DNA from: Zootoca vivipara
Taxonomy: Eukaryota
Length of the DNA stretch: 64,000 bases
Direction of reading: 5' to 3'
Assembly (NCBI RefSeq): GCF_963506605.1
Contig: NC_083277.1
Location: 98,394,001 to 98,458,000, forward strand
A program made the translations under genes and the position numbers. Shown one piece after another: positions 1-14,483 of the stretch (its first letter is position 1; each line of letters begins with the position of its first letter). A model generated the notes under the pieces. The model saw only the letters and a list, made by a program, of their open reading frames with translations. It made no database searches and was not told the DNA's origin.

Positions 1-149
1 ATGCAATTTGTTGCAAAACATTTTTTTTAAATCCAGCTGCGGGAGTAACAATGCATTGTCCAGTCCTGTCTGGGACCACCATGCTGTCCGCAGTGCTTTG
101 ACACAATTACATGACAACTTTCTGAGCTGATGAAACTACCTATCCCCAG

Positions 150-750
150 CACAATTAAATGTGCAAGTACAAATAGGCAGTACAGGTCGGTAGACAGTAG
201 CACTGCAGAGAAGGATGGATAGGTACGTGGAATGACAAACTGAAATATGAGTCACCAGGGTCACTCTTCCATATCAGAGAGGAGTTATACTGAGAATAAA
301 TGTGGGGAATAAATAGCCCCATTCTAGTGCCGGCTGAACGGGCAAGCCTGGTGTTGGCTAGTTTTCTGCTTTCCTCTTAAAAATGGAATAAGAAAGTAGT
401 GAAGTGTATAAATGGGTTATATTGGGGCCAGAGAAAGCAGGCAGGGGGCGGAAAACTAGTCTGTAGCAATAGGGTACAACAGGCTATTTGGAGCTAGAAA
501 GTAGATGTTTCATAAGCAAAAGGCAAGCTGGGAACTAGAAAAGTTTATGAGAATATTTCAGTAGATATATCACTGGCAATCTGGTATAAAGAACCCTGTA
601 CAGCTCTATAAATATGGGGGAGTGGGAAGAGGTTGGACAAATATCATAAGTATTTGCTGGGCAAAGGAATCCTGAGTATTCTGAATGATTCCAACAACCA
701 AGAAGGTATGTACTTAGCATCTCATGTCCCTGTCTCAAGGCAACATCAAC
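150..750 (+). mobile_element. Highly decayed CR1-like ORF2 remnant
   Basis: Residual similarity to the CR1 segments KY..G..LDSSTAEKD..DKL.MS.Q and L..LFSLE.R. Confidence 0.45.
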
Positions 751-3700
751 AGAACATCAGGATTCTCAATTTATCCCCAGACTGAATTAAAGGTCTCGTA
801 CATATCAAGTGCTCATAACTCAACAATACCCAGGAATACTGGTTTTTAGAAGAAAACAAGTACCAGGCAGCTCTTAATAAAGAGTGCTTGGCCTTCCAGT
901 ATTGCCACTTGACAAGAAGAAACCTGCTGTATCATACTAAAATCTAGCAGCTAGCAACTCTTTAGACCAGTGTACCATACAAAACTGAAGCAACAGCCTA
1001 AATGTAAAACTGTATCCAGTTTTTCAATCTGTAAAAGAATGATGCAAGGGGCAAATGTCTCTCGGTAACACAAGTGTCCTCAAGTGCCTTTCATCTTTTA
1101 CCAGCCCCAAACATTTCCTGGACATTAGAACATCAATAGCAACATAACTCACTGTAAAAGATGACTTCTTTGCATTGGTCCTAAGATCATATGTATTTTT
1201 CAAAAGTCAACAAGAGAGCAGAGTCCTGCAAAAGCACTAAACCTTTGCTACTTTGCTTCAAAGGATCCATAAAATTCAGATTCCCCTTTGGATCCCCCCC
1301 CCCTTTTAGTTTTTTGGCATGCTGCATTTGATGGAATGTTGAGACATCCATGAAATAAGTCTAGAGCTGGAGTCCTGCGGTGCAGCAACCAACTTCAAGA
1401 GCAAGAGACTCACAGGGGTGCCCAATAAGATGACAGCCAGATAATGGAAAGTCAAACTTAGCAGACTGGCTGAATGCTGCTTCAGGAAGAGGAGGAGGTG
1501 TTTGCAACACCCAGAAACATAAAATCGGAGAACTGCTCTCCATTAATGCAAATTGCAAATGGATGAAAATGCCAAATTTAAAGAGTGTTCAGCTCTCATG
1601 GATTCCAGTGATTTCATCTGCCTATGCTATGATAACTAATGCCAATATATTTTAGGAAAGGAGATCTAAAATTTATAGACATCTAGTGTTATGCGAAATG
1701 TAAGTCAAACAACATCTGCTTGTCAGAAGTTCTCCCACCCCCCATAAAACCTCTAGGCTTGGTCTCTGTTGACATTCGATAAAGACCTATGAAAGGAACA
1801 CAGCGTTTTATTCGGCCTGGAAATTCTCTTATTCAGACTCGCAAAGGCAAAATACATTCCAAGCTTAAGTGAAAAAGGAAACTGGTTGAGATGGGAAAGA
1901 ATTGTCTTCTAAGACAGCATACTCACGTCTCCTACATTCTTGAAAATAATGCAATTAGCCCTTTCTCCATTATAAATTGTTAACCTAGCAACTCTTATTT
2001 CCGGTGCTACATGAAGTCACAAATACCCTGCCTGTCCACATCCAACTGAAAAGCAGAGAAATGTACTTTTATCAACTAATTGATATACTACATGATGCCA
2101 AACTGCTTCTAAGCAGTTTATAAAGCATAAAAAACCCATTACAGATTACTCAGGTGTTGGATGCATGATAATGATATAAAGGCTGCCTTAATTCTTAATT
2201 AGCTATCCGACTACTTAAGTTCAAGGTGCTGGAATTGGTGACAAAGCCCTATACAACTTGGGACTATGATACCTAAAAGACAGCCTTAGCCATTATATAC
2301 CAAAGCAATCACTATGCTCTGCAGAAGAGGGCCTCCTGCAGATGCCATCTTATCAGGAAGTCCATTTCACACGGTATCTGAATCGGGCATTTAGTGTGGC
2401 AGCACCTGCCCCTTGGAATGCTCTCCTGTTACATATCAAACAGGCACAATCTCTGTTGCCTTTTTAACACTGGTTGAAGACTTCTTGCTTTGAGCAAGGC
2501 CTCCTCAGTGGAAATTTTTTTTTCAGTCAGTCTCTGTACTGGATTTTAAATTGTTTTTATATGTGCAATTGTTTTATACATGTTTGTATTGTATTGTATT
2601 GAGATGCTTCATAGGAAGCGATTAATGCATGAAATAAGTAACACAGGGAATCAGACTTTCCGTTCCAGACACGCTCTCCATTGGTGGGTGAGGGGAGGAG
2701 GTGTTCTTCAACAGTGAGAACAGCTATTTAAACAGCTTTTTTTTTGTTCTGGTTCTCAAAACTCCTAATGTTCACACCAGCATAAGCCTCAAGCCCTTCA
2801 CACCAGTCAAATTTCAGCATCCAGATGCAGTTAAAAGCATTGCTGCCAGTGCTGATTTAGTCTTTAAGGGGCCAAAATAAAGAGAGTGGTAAAGACATAA
2901 AAGTCTTGCACGGCCAGAGGAGTCAGAAAAATGCCTGGCTCCATAAAGCTGGAGCAAACCTGGTGCTGTTGGTTTTCCTGTTTTGGTGCTTTTTGAGATA
3001 TGGGTGAGTCATACTTGTTCTCATGGGAACAAGCAATGGCTGGAACATGCCGTCATGGGTGCAACAGCCTCCGGCCCTGTTCCACAAACACGCACTGATG
3101 CGCACCGCCCAAGGATGGCTCAAGAGAGAAGAAGCCTGTTATTTGCTCTTTAAGCCCCTCTATGCTCACTGAGGCCCTGCAGCCAGTAACACTCTCAGCC
3201 ATTTCCCCTAGACGTGTTGTGGCTTTGATCCTAACATGGGCTTCTTTTGTGCAGCAAGCAATTGAGACAACTTTGTGAAAAAAACGTTTTCCAAAAGTAT
3301 AGAAACAATATACCAGGACCGTATACTTTATGCAACAAGCAAAGTTTCACATAGGCACCGCTTCAAGTCTCTCTGATTTTACATACATCACCTCTTCTCT
3401 GCCTGCAGGAGTTTAAAGAGCATCTGTTCTCCTACCCAGCTAGACGACACAGGGGTTCAATAGCTTCTGCTGTATTTAAACTGCTGCTAACCTTGCGAGA
3501 TAAATGTACTCCACATTACACAAACATTGGCTTCTTGGGGCGGATCCAACAAATTTCTAAAAGCTCTTTCATGTGAGTTCTTAACCCATATATACATTCT
3601 CCAAAAACCTCCAATGCAGATCTCTCCTAATTTTCTGGAAGGGTAGTTGTGCTGGTTTGTAGTAGCTGGCTGCCAAGAGACCAACCTCTAAAAAGCTTTT

Positions 3701-6700
3701 ACCCCAATAAATAATTTAGTCCAAGTAGCTCATTAACGTCTTCCTGTTCTGGGCATGCTATAAACCAACACTGCAGGACAACAGCCTCCCTTAGCTAAAC
3801 CCCTAGCCTGGATCAAAATATATTCCTTCATCTCCCAAGAATGGGGCGTTGAGTGTTAAGTGCTCCTAATACGATGGTAAGGACAGAATATGGAGAAAAT
3901 AAGGCAACCCTTTGTTATGAACCACAGGCGCAAAGGAGGGTCTGTGCAAAAAATGGTTTCCTGCAGGGATAGCAAAGGAGGATGTCAAGAATGCCAGAAT
4001 GGCCAGTTTTAGTGCTATATTAAGCCTGCAAAACCCTCAAAGCCACTGCAGGTGTGGGTCGGACACCACAGCAGTGAGGTGTTGTCATGACTTGTCTGCA
4101 CCCAGAAAAATATTCATTCATTACTTATACAAATGATAGCATGCATCAGTTTGGCCATAACCTCCCATCAATCCACCTGGCGCCATGAGGGCACAGGTGG
4201 CAACTATCCAAGGCTTACAGATAGCTTCCCTCTCTGGGCCAACAGCCCAGCACCCCAGATAAGCACTGCATCAAAGCGAGCCAATTAGCGTATATTAAAG
4301 GAAGGGAATCTATAAACATATGTGAGCTCATCCTTGCAGCAACTCCCCATTAAATGGCATTTGCAAGCCTTCTGAGACAGTCTCGCCTTTGGTTCAACAC
4401 ACCTGCCTTTTATGAAAGGAACGGTAAAATAACATTGACAGAGTGAAAAGTTCAAAATGCACTGAATGGACTTCAAAAAAAGAAAGCATTTTATTCACAG
4501 AACCTTTGCATTCTTTTGCTCCTGCTTTCTGAATATGTAAAAGGCGACCACAATTTGTGCCCACTAAGTTGTCATAAAGTCATATGGCATATTTATACAA
4601 TAACTCTCCCCTACTGTACAAGGCAGGAACTGAAAATTATAGAACCATAACTAGCCAAATAAAATAAGAAAAGCCGTACTTGATGACTAAGGCCGTGGAT
4701 TCTTAGCCTGCTTCGTATTCTAACAGGGCCAGAGCCTACCAGAAATAATCTGACACCAAGACAATGTCTCAATGATCCTTTATGATGCTGTCACTCACAA
4801 AATCTGTGATAAAGTATTGTCTAAAGAGCCAGGTCTTCCACATTTATCAAGGCCCAAGTGGTCCTTAAACACAGAATTTACTAAACATTCCAGTGATTTC
4901 ATTACGTTGCATCTGGCTCAAGGATTACTGAAACACTTGCCTAAATTCCAGAGTACATTTCCGAGCAGACTGAATTTTAAAGGCTCAGTGATCAATTCAA
5001 GTGACAGCTATATAGCCAGGTAAGGTTGTATTCAAAGAAAGGAGAACATCTGAGAAGCAATGTAATTTTCAGTCACAAGCCATAGCTGGAAATTTCTGTA
5101 CTGCAGGATTGAAAAGTGCAAGTGAGAACCCTACACAAAATGGCTTCACACTGTACAAGTAAACAGAAGTGGGACTGATAGCGGAGGCCTTGGTAAATTC
5201 CCATTCCAGAGTGCCACCGTCAACACTTTGTGCATTGGGTGTCGGCTGCACATACTAATTACTGCTTACAAAATGCTGCCATCTTAGGGAGACTTTTGCT
5301 GAGAGGATAAAAAAAACCACAATACTAAAAGAAGAAGAGAGTAGTCAGATTTCAGTCTTCTAAAGTCTGCTTCAGAATTTTCTGGTTTGGAAAGCACACA
5401 TACACACAGAGTGAAGTACTGAAAATATCTCAATTTTTTTGTTTCTTGAATCGCAACATATAAAGCAGACATAAGGGGGGGGGGGAGAAAAATGCTGTCT
5501 GCTTGTAGTAACAGAAAAGAGGAATTATTTATATCCTACCTGCTGCCCAATCTTCTGGATCTACCTATGCCTTTTCTTACACCATTCTCCACTCAAAGTT
5601 CTCATCCTCCCTCTTTCCCCACCACAAAATTCACCTTCTCTGAATCCACATTTTCTATTTTGCTACTTGTCACTATGCAGCAACTGATGCTGCTCACCAG
5701 GTGTCTTATAAGTATATCCTACGTAACAAAAACTATTCTCGCTGACTGTCAGAAACCTGCAGCTTTTATTGCTGTATCGTTTTGCTTCACTGAGCATCTC
5801 CCCTAAGCATAATTGGGCAAAGGAAACAGCAAACATTAGTCAGGAATCTGAAGTCAACAAGAGGGGTGGCAGTCACAGCCAAACACAAGTGGCATCATTA
5901 ATTCAGAGGGCTCGACAGGGGGCACAAAGTAGCATACCTCTGACTGAAACTGAACAGGATCTGGAGTATGATAGGAGGATATTCAAGAAAAGGGATATTG
6001 AGCTTATTTATGCAAGAAACTATTGCAAATCTGTATTTCCATACATATTGCTGAACTACTGTTTGTAAGCTCAATCAATACAATAGCTTACTGTTCTGAT
6101 GATCCCCTAAAACATGCATAGGCAAACTCGGCCCTCCAGATGTTTTGAGACTACAATTCCCATCATCCCTGACCACTGGTCCTGTCCACACCCCATGGAT
6201 GATGGGTGTTGTAGTCCCAAAACATATGGAGGGCCTATGCCTGCCCTATAACTTCAAGGTTCAGAGGTTTCGTTGTGGATCCGATAGAGACAACATCAAA
6301 AGGAACAACTGCGGAGCCATGGCAGAATCTTGACTTAGGTGGCTCCCGAACGCTGATGCACTGCTCTGAACAACATAGGCCAAATGTGCCAATGTAGACA
6401 GGAGATATGGCTCAGTGGCAACATCTTCCAATACACAGGGCAGACAAGACAAATTGTCTCCAGAGCTAGGGAGGAGAGGAAGCAAGCGGGTACCAGGAGA
6501 ACTGCGGCCCATGCAGCCATCAACCCAGAGAAAGATGATCGAACAGCTAGTGTACCTTTTTCTTTGACAGCTAGCTTAGGCATGAAAAACCCTTAGCCTA
6601 GGCTTTCAAAAGCCTTTCAGGAGAAGGCTAAGCACCTTCCCAAGGGCAGAAGGAAATTCCAGACGTTAAGTATTGGGAAAGGGCTACCCTCCATGGCTTG

Positions 6701-6802
6701 CCACCACTGTTTAGTTACCTTACAGAAAAGAAGAGAGGGAACCATACCCCTTTCCCAGAAATGTGAAAGGACCACCTGTTGATGGAGGTTATCCACACTT
6801 GC

Positions 6803-6963
6803 CTTATAGAACACATCAGGCACATATTGTTCACTGCTGGATTCCTTTGCATAGCCGAGCTCTGGAGCATCACGGCATGGCAACAAGCACTCGTCACGTA
6901 CTAGAGCCATGCACTGGTTGGATACCTGGTAGCCCTCGAAGTGGACTTGGTTGTCAGGACCAC
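6803..6963 (-). CDS. NPLOC4: NPLOC4 exon 12 ([29 protein letters not shown]...VFYK), GC donor
   Basis: 161 nt; acceptor CCCCAG; homology ends at AAG|GCAAGT. Confidence 0.93.
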
Positions 6964-9900
6964 CTGGGGGGAAAAGGTACTTTTAAGCCACTCGAGAAGG
7001 AGAAGGTGAAGGTACACAGGTTGTAGCACACTCAAAATGGATATAAGATGTCATTGAGCCAATAAATGTTAAGTGCATCAAATCCACATTTTCTGCCTTA
7101 AGTACAAAGAACTCTTTTTCTGAGCCCGTATTGGCTTAAGAGCTTCAAATGGCAAATAGTACACAACTTTCCAAGAGAGGTATCCAGATAGAGGAGACTT
7201 TTAAGAAATCATATAACATATAATGAAGAGATCACACGTATTTGTGAAGTTTTATGCATTTACAAGGGTAAAACTATCTGCAAGTTGTTTTATGTTTTAC
7301 TGGGTTTCCACCATTTTCACAGCACGGCACGGTGCGTGCCAGGCCAGGCCACTGTGATTTTTATGTTGTGCTGTAGACTTTTCTTGTGCGTGCAGCGCTG
7401 AGCAACACTTTCTCATACAATTAGGAGAATTCAGCTTCATCTCACACAGTCCTTGTCTTAGCAAAAGGTATCACTGAAAAGCTTTATTCAATACTGCACA
7501 TGGAGGGCATTTGTCAAGGAAATTTTTAAACCAAAGGAAAGGAAAGATGTATATTGTTTATCAGCAGCAGCACCTCCCACCCCAGCATAAGACGAAATGG
7601 GAAGGCAGAATGACTGGCTTTAATTTGTGTGCACAAAAATCATACGGTTTTAACATTATTAACATAAGCATTTCCAAATAACCAAACTCCCATTTTGGGG
7701 AGGGGAAGGAGGTTTCCTCTTCAACTAAAGTTGAAAACACTCAGGCTTAAAAGCAGAGAATAGGGGCAAGGGCACACATGCAAGCCCCAATGCTCCTGGG
7801 TTTGCAGGCTCTCTCTTTTTAGCCTGCAGAGGGTTCCTAAGCACATGCAGTTAAGACACCACCTCATGGCCCAAAACTGTTTTCTTTTACTGGTCTCAAT
7901 TTCTGAAAAGCTTGCTGCTTTACTGGGGTGGGGGTGGAGGGTTATGGAATCTTTCAGGTGTCTGCAAAAGAGGCTGCATTTTGTTTTTTACCTGTAGCCA
8001 CCACAGTGAAAAACTTGGATCCAAAGTGACCATCTGGGGACAGGCGGCATATGTTTGGGTGCTGATTCTGAAAATGCCCAGCTGTGATGCACTCTTCTGC
8101 ACTTAAGAAATAAGCATCCTAAAGAAGGCGAGAAGGTGAGGCTGTTAAAGAGACGGAGCCATTGCATGAGCGGCATTTAAGGTAACCCAGGAGTGCGTTC
8201 TAAAATGAAGCATGGATTAGTAATTTCTAAATCTAGCACAGATGACCATCTTGGAAAATCATCACGAAGCATAGGCACTACAACCTGCAAAGCTTTAGTT
8301 TCAGCAAACAATTCCTATCACACTAGGAAAAGCAAGCTTTTTAAAGGAGATTTTTAAAATGAGAAATAAATCAGGCAAGTTTATTTGGCTTCTGGTCACT
8401 GAACTTTTAGGACACGGGTTTTATGAGCTCTCTTTAGAACTATGACAACTAAAAATTTACTGGTTTTCAGATTCGCGGAAGTTAAGATTGCCTAACGAAA
8501 GTCCACAAGCTGAGGTGAAAAACATCTTGAGCCTGACATATGGTCCAAGGTCTTCATGCTCACATCTGGTTGATGTAAAGAACGGAGGTGGCAAAATTAG
8601 GGCAGAAGGAGAACCCAGACAATAACTTCCCCATGAAAGGTTAATTTCCCCAATGTGTGATCAAACTATTAAATGAATAATGCAACGGGTGTACTTCATC
8701 ATGAGCAGGCAGGCTGTTTTAGATTTCTGCCTGATTTTCACTATAGTGGAAGTAGGCAAATCCTACTATTAGCTTATGCTACTTGGTTATGGTCATAGAA
8801 TAGTGGTTGGTTGAGATAATTCACTATAGAAGGTCCAAGTAAGGGCAGCAAATGTGTTAAAACTGTCTAGAAAGAGGATTCAGAAGGATAGGAGGAAAGC
8901 TAGACAGATATTATCCAGCAGAGGGAAGCATTAACAATAATCAGGTATGTGGGGCATTGCTATGTGCTGAGTTGAAACAAACTGCAGAATAAGAGCTTGC
9001 TTCCTGTAACCACAGCTCCAGGAGACTTGGAAGATCGAGGAAGGTATACAAAAGCACTCTTGTAAGTTTAGATAGATACAAGAATAAGTTACAATGGGAT
9101 CTTATGGTATTGGCGCTGCTGAAACATTTTAAAAACAAGCAAGATGAAGTGAAGTCGTAATTAAGGGAAAAGGAAGTAGGATTTTGTGTTTGTAGTGCAC
9201 CTTTGCCAGGTATCCAAGAATCCAGACAGATTTCAAACCATCCCAACATCCTATCCGTACAAAGCTCCTTTCTAAATCATTCATGGCTCCTCTAAATTCC
9301 CACCAAACTCATGCATTATTCTAATTTTAATAAACAAGGCCCACCCTTAAAAGCAAGGCATCAATCTACACACATAGTTCTCTGCATAAAGTGTTTTTTT
9401 CCCCATCAAAGCCTGCAAATAAAAGAGTGCAAGGACAAAAAAGAAAACTCGCTTCTCACCTTGTTCCGGCTATACCGGACAGTCCCCTTCCGTGTATCCT
9501 CTGAGACCAGATCTGTGAATATCCAGCCAACCTTAAAACACAAATGCTCATTATATTCTTCTACCTCGTTTTTTTTAAAAGGTGACCTTCCCAAATTGGT
9601 ACAAAATGTTCTTGGCTAGAGGAAGCTCTTTGAGAAAGCCTGCTCAACAGCAGCCTGAAGGAAATTACTCCCCTAGCTACGCGGACCACATTTGAATACA
9701 ATTCACACATTTGCAGTGACAACTGGTGAGACCGGCAGTTTTATGTCCCCTTACGGAAAGATCTGGAGACTGCAGGGATTCTCCTCCGCACCTCGCCTAT
9801 AAAAATACATTTACTTTTCTGTGTCCACACTGTAGAGCAGTTCACAGAAGTGCTCTCAAGATATCAAGTTTCTATGCTGGCTAATCTAAAAGGGAACCCT

Positions 9901-12900
9901 CTCAAATTTCCCATTTCCCGAATCCCACTTGATCATGCTAAATAAGTGCAAGCCTTTCTGAAATGTAGATCCATACAGTATTCATATCCACCATTGCTCA
10001 CTGTTCAAGCACTCAGTTGTTGTTCAGATGTTGCTGTTATACTTGCAACAAATATCAAGAGCTAAACCTGATATGCTTTGTAGATGTTATTAGTGATGAT
10101 CTGTAGAGCAAAATAACCATAAAACTAGGATAAAACAAAGGCTAGATTAAAAAAAAAACCCAAATTGTTTTATATCTTAAACACAGGTGCCTTATATAAA
10201 CCCAAATTTAATGACTAATCTGCCCTATATGACCCACTCATTCAAAGTTTGAAAATATTCAACCCTTTTTGGGAGGTAAGGAAGCAATGTATTTTATCCT
10301 TTATTTTCGCAACACAAGCAGTATCTTCATAAAGGCAAGAAAACTAAGTATGGATCTGAAAGGCATCTGCGTAAGGGTGGTGTCAGAATTTATTAAAAAG
10401 CTGACAGTTTGCAGATTAAGGAGAAGATTTCCAAGAGGTGAAATCTTCTCTACCCCAGTCATATCAGAAAAGCACAGCTGGGGTACTGTTTAACGTGCTC
10501 TGCCAAGATTCCTCCTGCTTCCCTTCCCTTCATAATAAACAGCTGATAAGCAGGAGGAGCCTGATCAGCAGACTGAGGAATTCAAAACTATGTGACCACA
10601 TCTATATGTCCTTTGTGCTACTGGCAACACAGATATGCTTAACTACACCACTTTCCACTCAGTTTCGTGTTGGCTCAGGAATATGCAGCAGAAAAAAGCT
10701 GCACAGTTCACAAAACCTCCAGTACTGCCAGCATGCTGAAGCAACACTAGCCCAATTAGCTTCCAACAAACCAGATTCCGTGCATTTGCCAACCTTCCAA
10801 CTCCTTACAAAAGGTTTCCCCCTATATGCTGGCCCACACATGTTTTTATTACCTTCCTCAGGCCCAGCTTGTTCGCAATCTCATCCACAATCTCTGCCTT
10901 TGGGTCTTCGAGGAGTTCCAGGCTGTTTTGTGTACCAATCTGAAAACAAAGAGAAAAGCAACAGAGAACCAGTTTGCAAACAGGGGTGGACATTTAGCAT
11001 CCCAAGGAGACAAAATGTTTCGTTCTCGAGAATGAAATGATGGGAAATGTCAGGAGAATGAATATTGACAAGCTGCTGTGTCTCGCTGCAGTTACATTGA
11101 TACGTGTCATACCAGGCTATTTATTGCTGGTTCTATTGAACATTACTGTAATTTGAACAAACCATGTGCTATGCTTCTCTACGAAAACCAGTCATTTCCC
11201 AACACATAACTGTAAAGAAACCTACGTTCCTTCACCAGTAAAAATCTAAGAAAAGGCCTGAAGGATCAGGCCATGACCCATCTAGTTCAATATCCTGTTC
11301 TCACTGGTCAAGCAGATGCCCATAGGAAGATCAGAAGCAGGATCCGAGCTCAGCAGCACTCTCCCCAGCTGTGGTTCCCCATTGGGGTTCCATCAAATCT
11401 TCTTAAGCAAGGAACAAATGAAGTATTTTTTTAAAAAGCCTCTTACAAATTGTGTTTAAAGTCTGTGATCTAGAAATCCTTCTAGTATCTCATGCATTGG
11501 CAATTTTACCCTCGGCATCACTGTTTGCTTAACATTGGATTCCTTACCTATATAGGGCACCCAGCAACACTTTTTGGTGGATGGGCATAAATGTGTCATA
11601 AGGTATTAATTAATTTTAAGTTAAGCCACCTGACCCACAACCTTTTATTCTCTTGTCTCTAATTTACAGATTTCTTATCTTCTAGTCTCTCCTCCCTTTC
11701 CCACTTCGACACTCTAATTCTGCCTTGCTCCTTAGCTTCCTACTTATCTGACTGAAAACAGAAGGCTGGATTTTCAATAATTCTATATAGTTATTAGAAG
11801 CCTCTTTTCTTTCCAAATACTTATGAACCACCCTATGGTACAATTATGTGTTTCCTAAGACTAAACTTTTAATTACGATTCTTCCCCTTACCGTAATTTT
11901 GATTCATTATTAGCATTATATGAATGCTGATATGAAAATTTAACAGGCAGCTAACAGTGATAATTTCCTTCCACATGCTATAAAAATCTGCCATAAGCAC
12001 CTCACATTCAAGCTAGTCTCAATCTCCAAAGTCAAATCCTGTGCCATATGGAAGCATAAAATATGGAAACACACTCAGGAATGTATCTCAAGAGTGCAGA
12101 CTTCTCTCTAGATTGGGGATTCTCTCTCAAACATGCTTTGAGAGTCAGAGTTTTTCTCTAAGTATTTTGCCTAATGTGGGGTTTGAACCCATGACCTTGA
12201 GATTAAGAGTCTCATGCTCTACAGACAGAGTACCACTTCAGACTGAATACTGGGAGGTGCTGTTTTGAATGCGTTCCCATGTGAAAGTTTATCGGCAAGT
12301 AAATAATTAACTTATCAGGGGAAAAGCCCAGCTGACTTTTTGCTGTGGCACTGTTCTACTTGCAAATATATCTTCTTTTTTAATGTAGGGGAACAATCAA
12401 AAGTCTTATCCTCCATCAATATTTTGAATTGACGCCTCCCATTCTTCCTCCTTAGAACTCTACTACCATATTCTGTTACATACTTGACAAGCCGGCTTTT
12501 CTCTTTCAGAAAGCTTGTCTTTAACTGACAGGCAACATCCGCTGTTTTTACACCTTCCACCCAAAGTTTTCTTGTTGGGGAAACAGATGCATTAAATCAG
12601 GTGGTATCTCAACTAACAGGGCGACTGAACTGGACCAAGGATGTCTCAGATCTACTGTCCTCTTGTCTGCCTTTGACCAAGCCAGCAGAGATCTTGAAAG
12701 GTTGCCAGGATACCAAGGAACACAGCCTCTCTTGCAAATCACAGTAATACTGTTTGCATCAATTCCAAACTCAATGCTTTTAATTCACATGGTTCCAGCG
12801 ACATTATAACTGCCAATCATCACAACTCTAAAATGGGAACTGTAGGTGCTATCTATTTATCTAGGGCTGAACAAGCATTAGTGCAGCTCTGATATATCAC

Positions 12901-14430
12901 AGGAGCTACAAAACCAGAGAAGAAACCCCTCTAGCACGGCTGCTTCTTGGTTTCTACACATTGTACCATGATGCAATACCAAAACACACAAACTGGCAAG
13001 CGAACAAACTGCTCAACACTTAGCTTCATGGTGTGCAGAGGATTCAAGGGCGCTGATGTAAGTTTATTTTGCAACTTAACAGAAACTCATGAATCTTGCC
13101 ACTGAACAGTGCACCAATGAATTATTACTGCTTGCATGTCTCAAATCACCCGACAGACATATATTTTATGCATAAGCAAGGAGCTCCCCACCAACACTCC
13201 CAAGGTCGCTATGTGTTGAGAAAGCATTTTATAAAAAGGCCAAAGGAGGATCATAGGACAACAGACTGTCCTCTTTCCTCAAACTACAACCTGATATACT
13301 AGTAAGTACTCTGAAAACTACTTGGTCCTAGTATCCTCACTTGCTGCTCCCTGGTCGCTATGTTAAAGTTGCATGGTGGAAAATGCTATATATTTTGATG
13401 CTAATAATGGGCAGAAGAACTATAAAGACAAGTGGCCTTCTTGGTAGTTGTGCCCACCCTGTGGAACACCCTCCCAGCTTAGAGTGCCTGGGGCAACCAA
13501 GTCAGATGGGTGGAGTAGTGGTAGTCGTAGTAGTAGTAAAGGGACCCCTGAGCATTAGGTCCAGTCATGGACGACTCTGGAGTTGCGCCGCTCATCTCAC
13601 TTTATTAGCCGAGGGAGCCAGGGTACAGCTTCCGGGTCATGTGGCCAGCATGACAAAGCTGCTTCTGGCAAACAAGAGCAGTGCACGGAAACGCTGTTTA
13701 CCTTCCCGCTGGAGCGGTACCTATTTATCTACTTGCACTTTGACGTGCTTTCAAACTGCTAGGTGGGCAGGAGCAGGGACCGAGCAATGGGATTCAAACC
13801 GTTGACCTTCTGATCGGCAAGCCCTAGGCTCAGTGGTTTAACCCACAGCGCCACCTGTGTCCCTAGTAGTAGTAGTAGTAGTAGTAGTAGTTATGAACAA
13901 GGATGATAATCATAGTAACCTCTTTTAATAGCTGATCAAAATTCTCCATCACTTTCAGCTTTCAGCGAACACTTCAGCTGGGTTAAGTTTGATGCAAAAT
14001 CAGTTGAAAGGAGTTCAGTCAATAATAATATAATAATAATAATTTTATTATTTATACCCCACCCTTCTGGCTGAGTTTCCCCAGCCACTCTGGGTGGCTC
14101 CCAACCGAACACTAAAAACAGAATAAAACTTCAAACATTAAAAACTTCCCTAAGCAGAGCTGCCTTTAGATGTCTTCTAAAAGTCAGGTGTTTATTTCCT
14201 TGACACCTGATAGGAGGGCGTTCCACAGGGCAGGCACCACTACCGAGAAGGCCCTCTGCCTGGTTTCCTGCAATCTCACTTCTCACAATGAGGGAGCCAC
14301 CAGAATGCCCTTGGTGCTGTGAAAAGTGGGCTTTTGCATAAAGTGCCAGTGGTTTTTTTGCTCCTACCTCCTGAAAAATCCATATAAGCAGAGAAATAAA
14401 TGGCTCCTACTTTTTTTTTTTGCAAGGGAG

Positions 14431-14483
<53 letters not shown>

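Noticed and set aside
4680-4753. C/D-box snoRNA-like TGATGA...CTGA
   Set aside because: It is antisense to the host NPLOC4 transcript and has no terminal stem; likely chance
1-6796. NPLOC4 exon 13 and beyond (DVDKFGNEITQLARPLPVEY...)
   Set aside because: Not found by eye on the minus strand; presumably left of the window
10438-11040. 200-aa plus-strand ORF
   Set aside because: Antisense overlap with NPLOC4 exon 9, non-ATG start, no recognisable domain
12168-12240. Functional tRNA-Lys(CTT) gene
   Set aside because: The 5' acceptor strand and A-box are degraded and CpG-decay substitutions break the stems, so it is a pseudogene or SINE head
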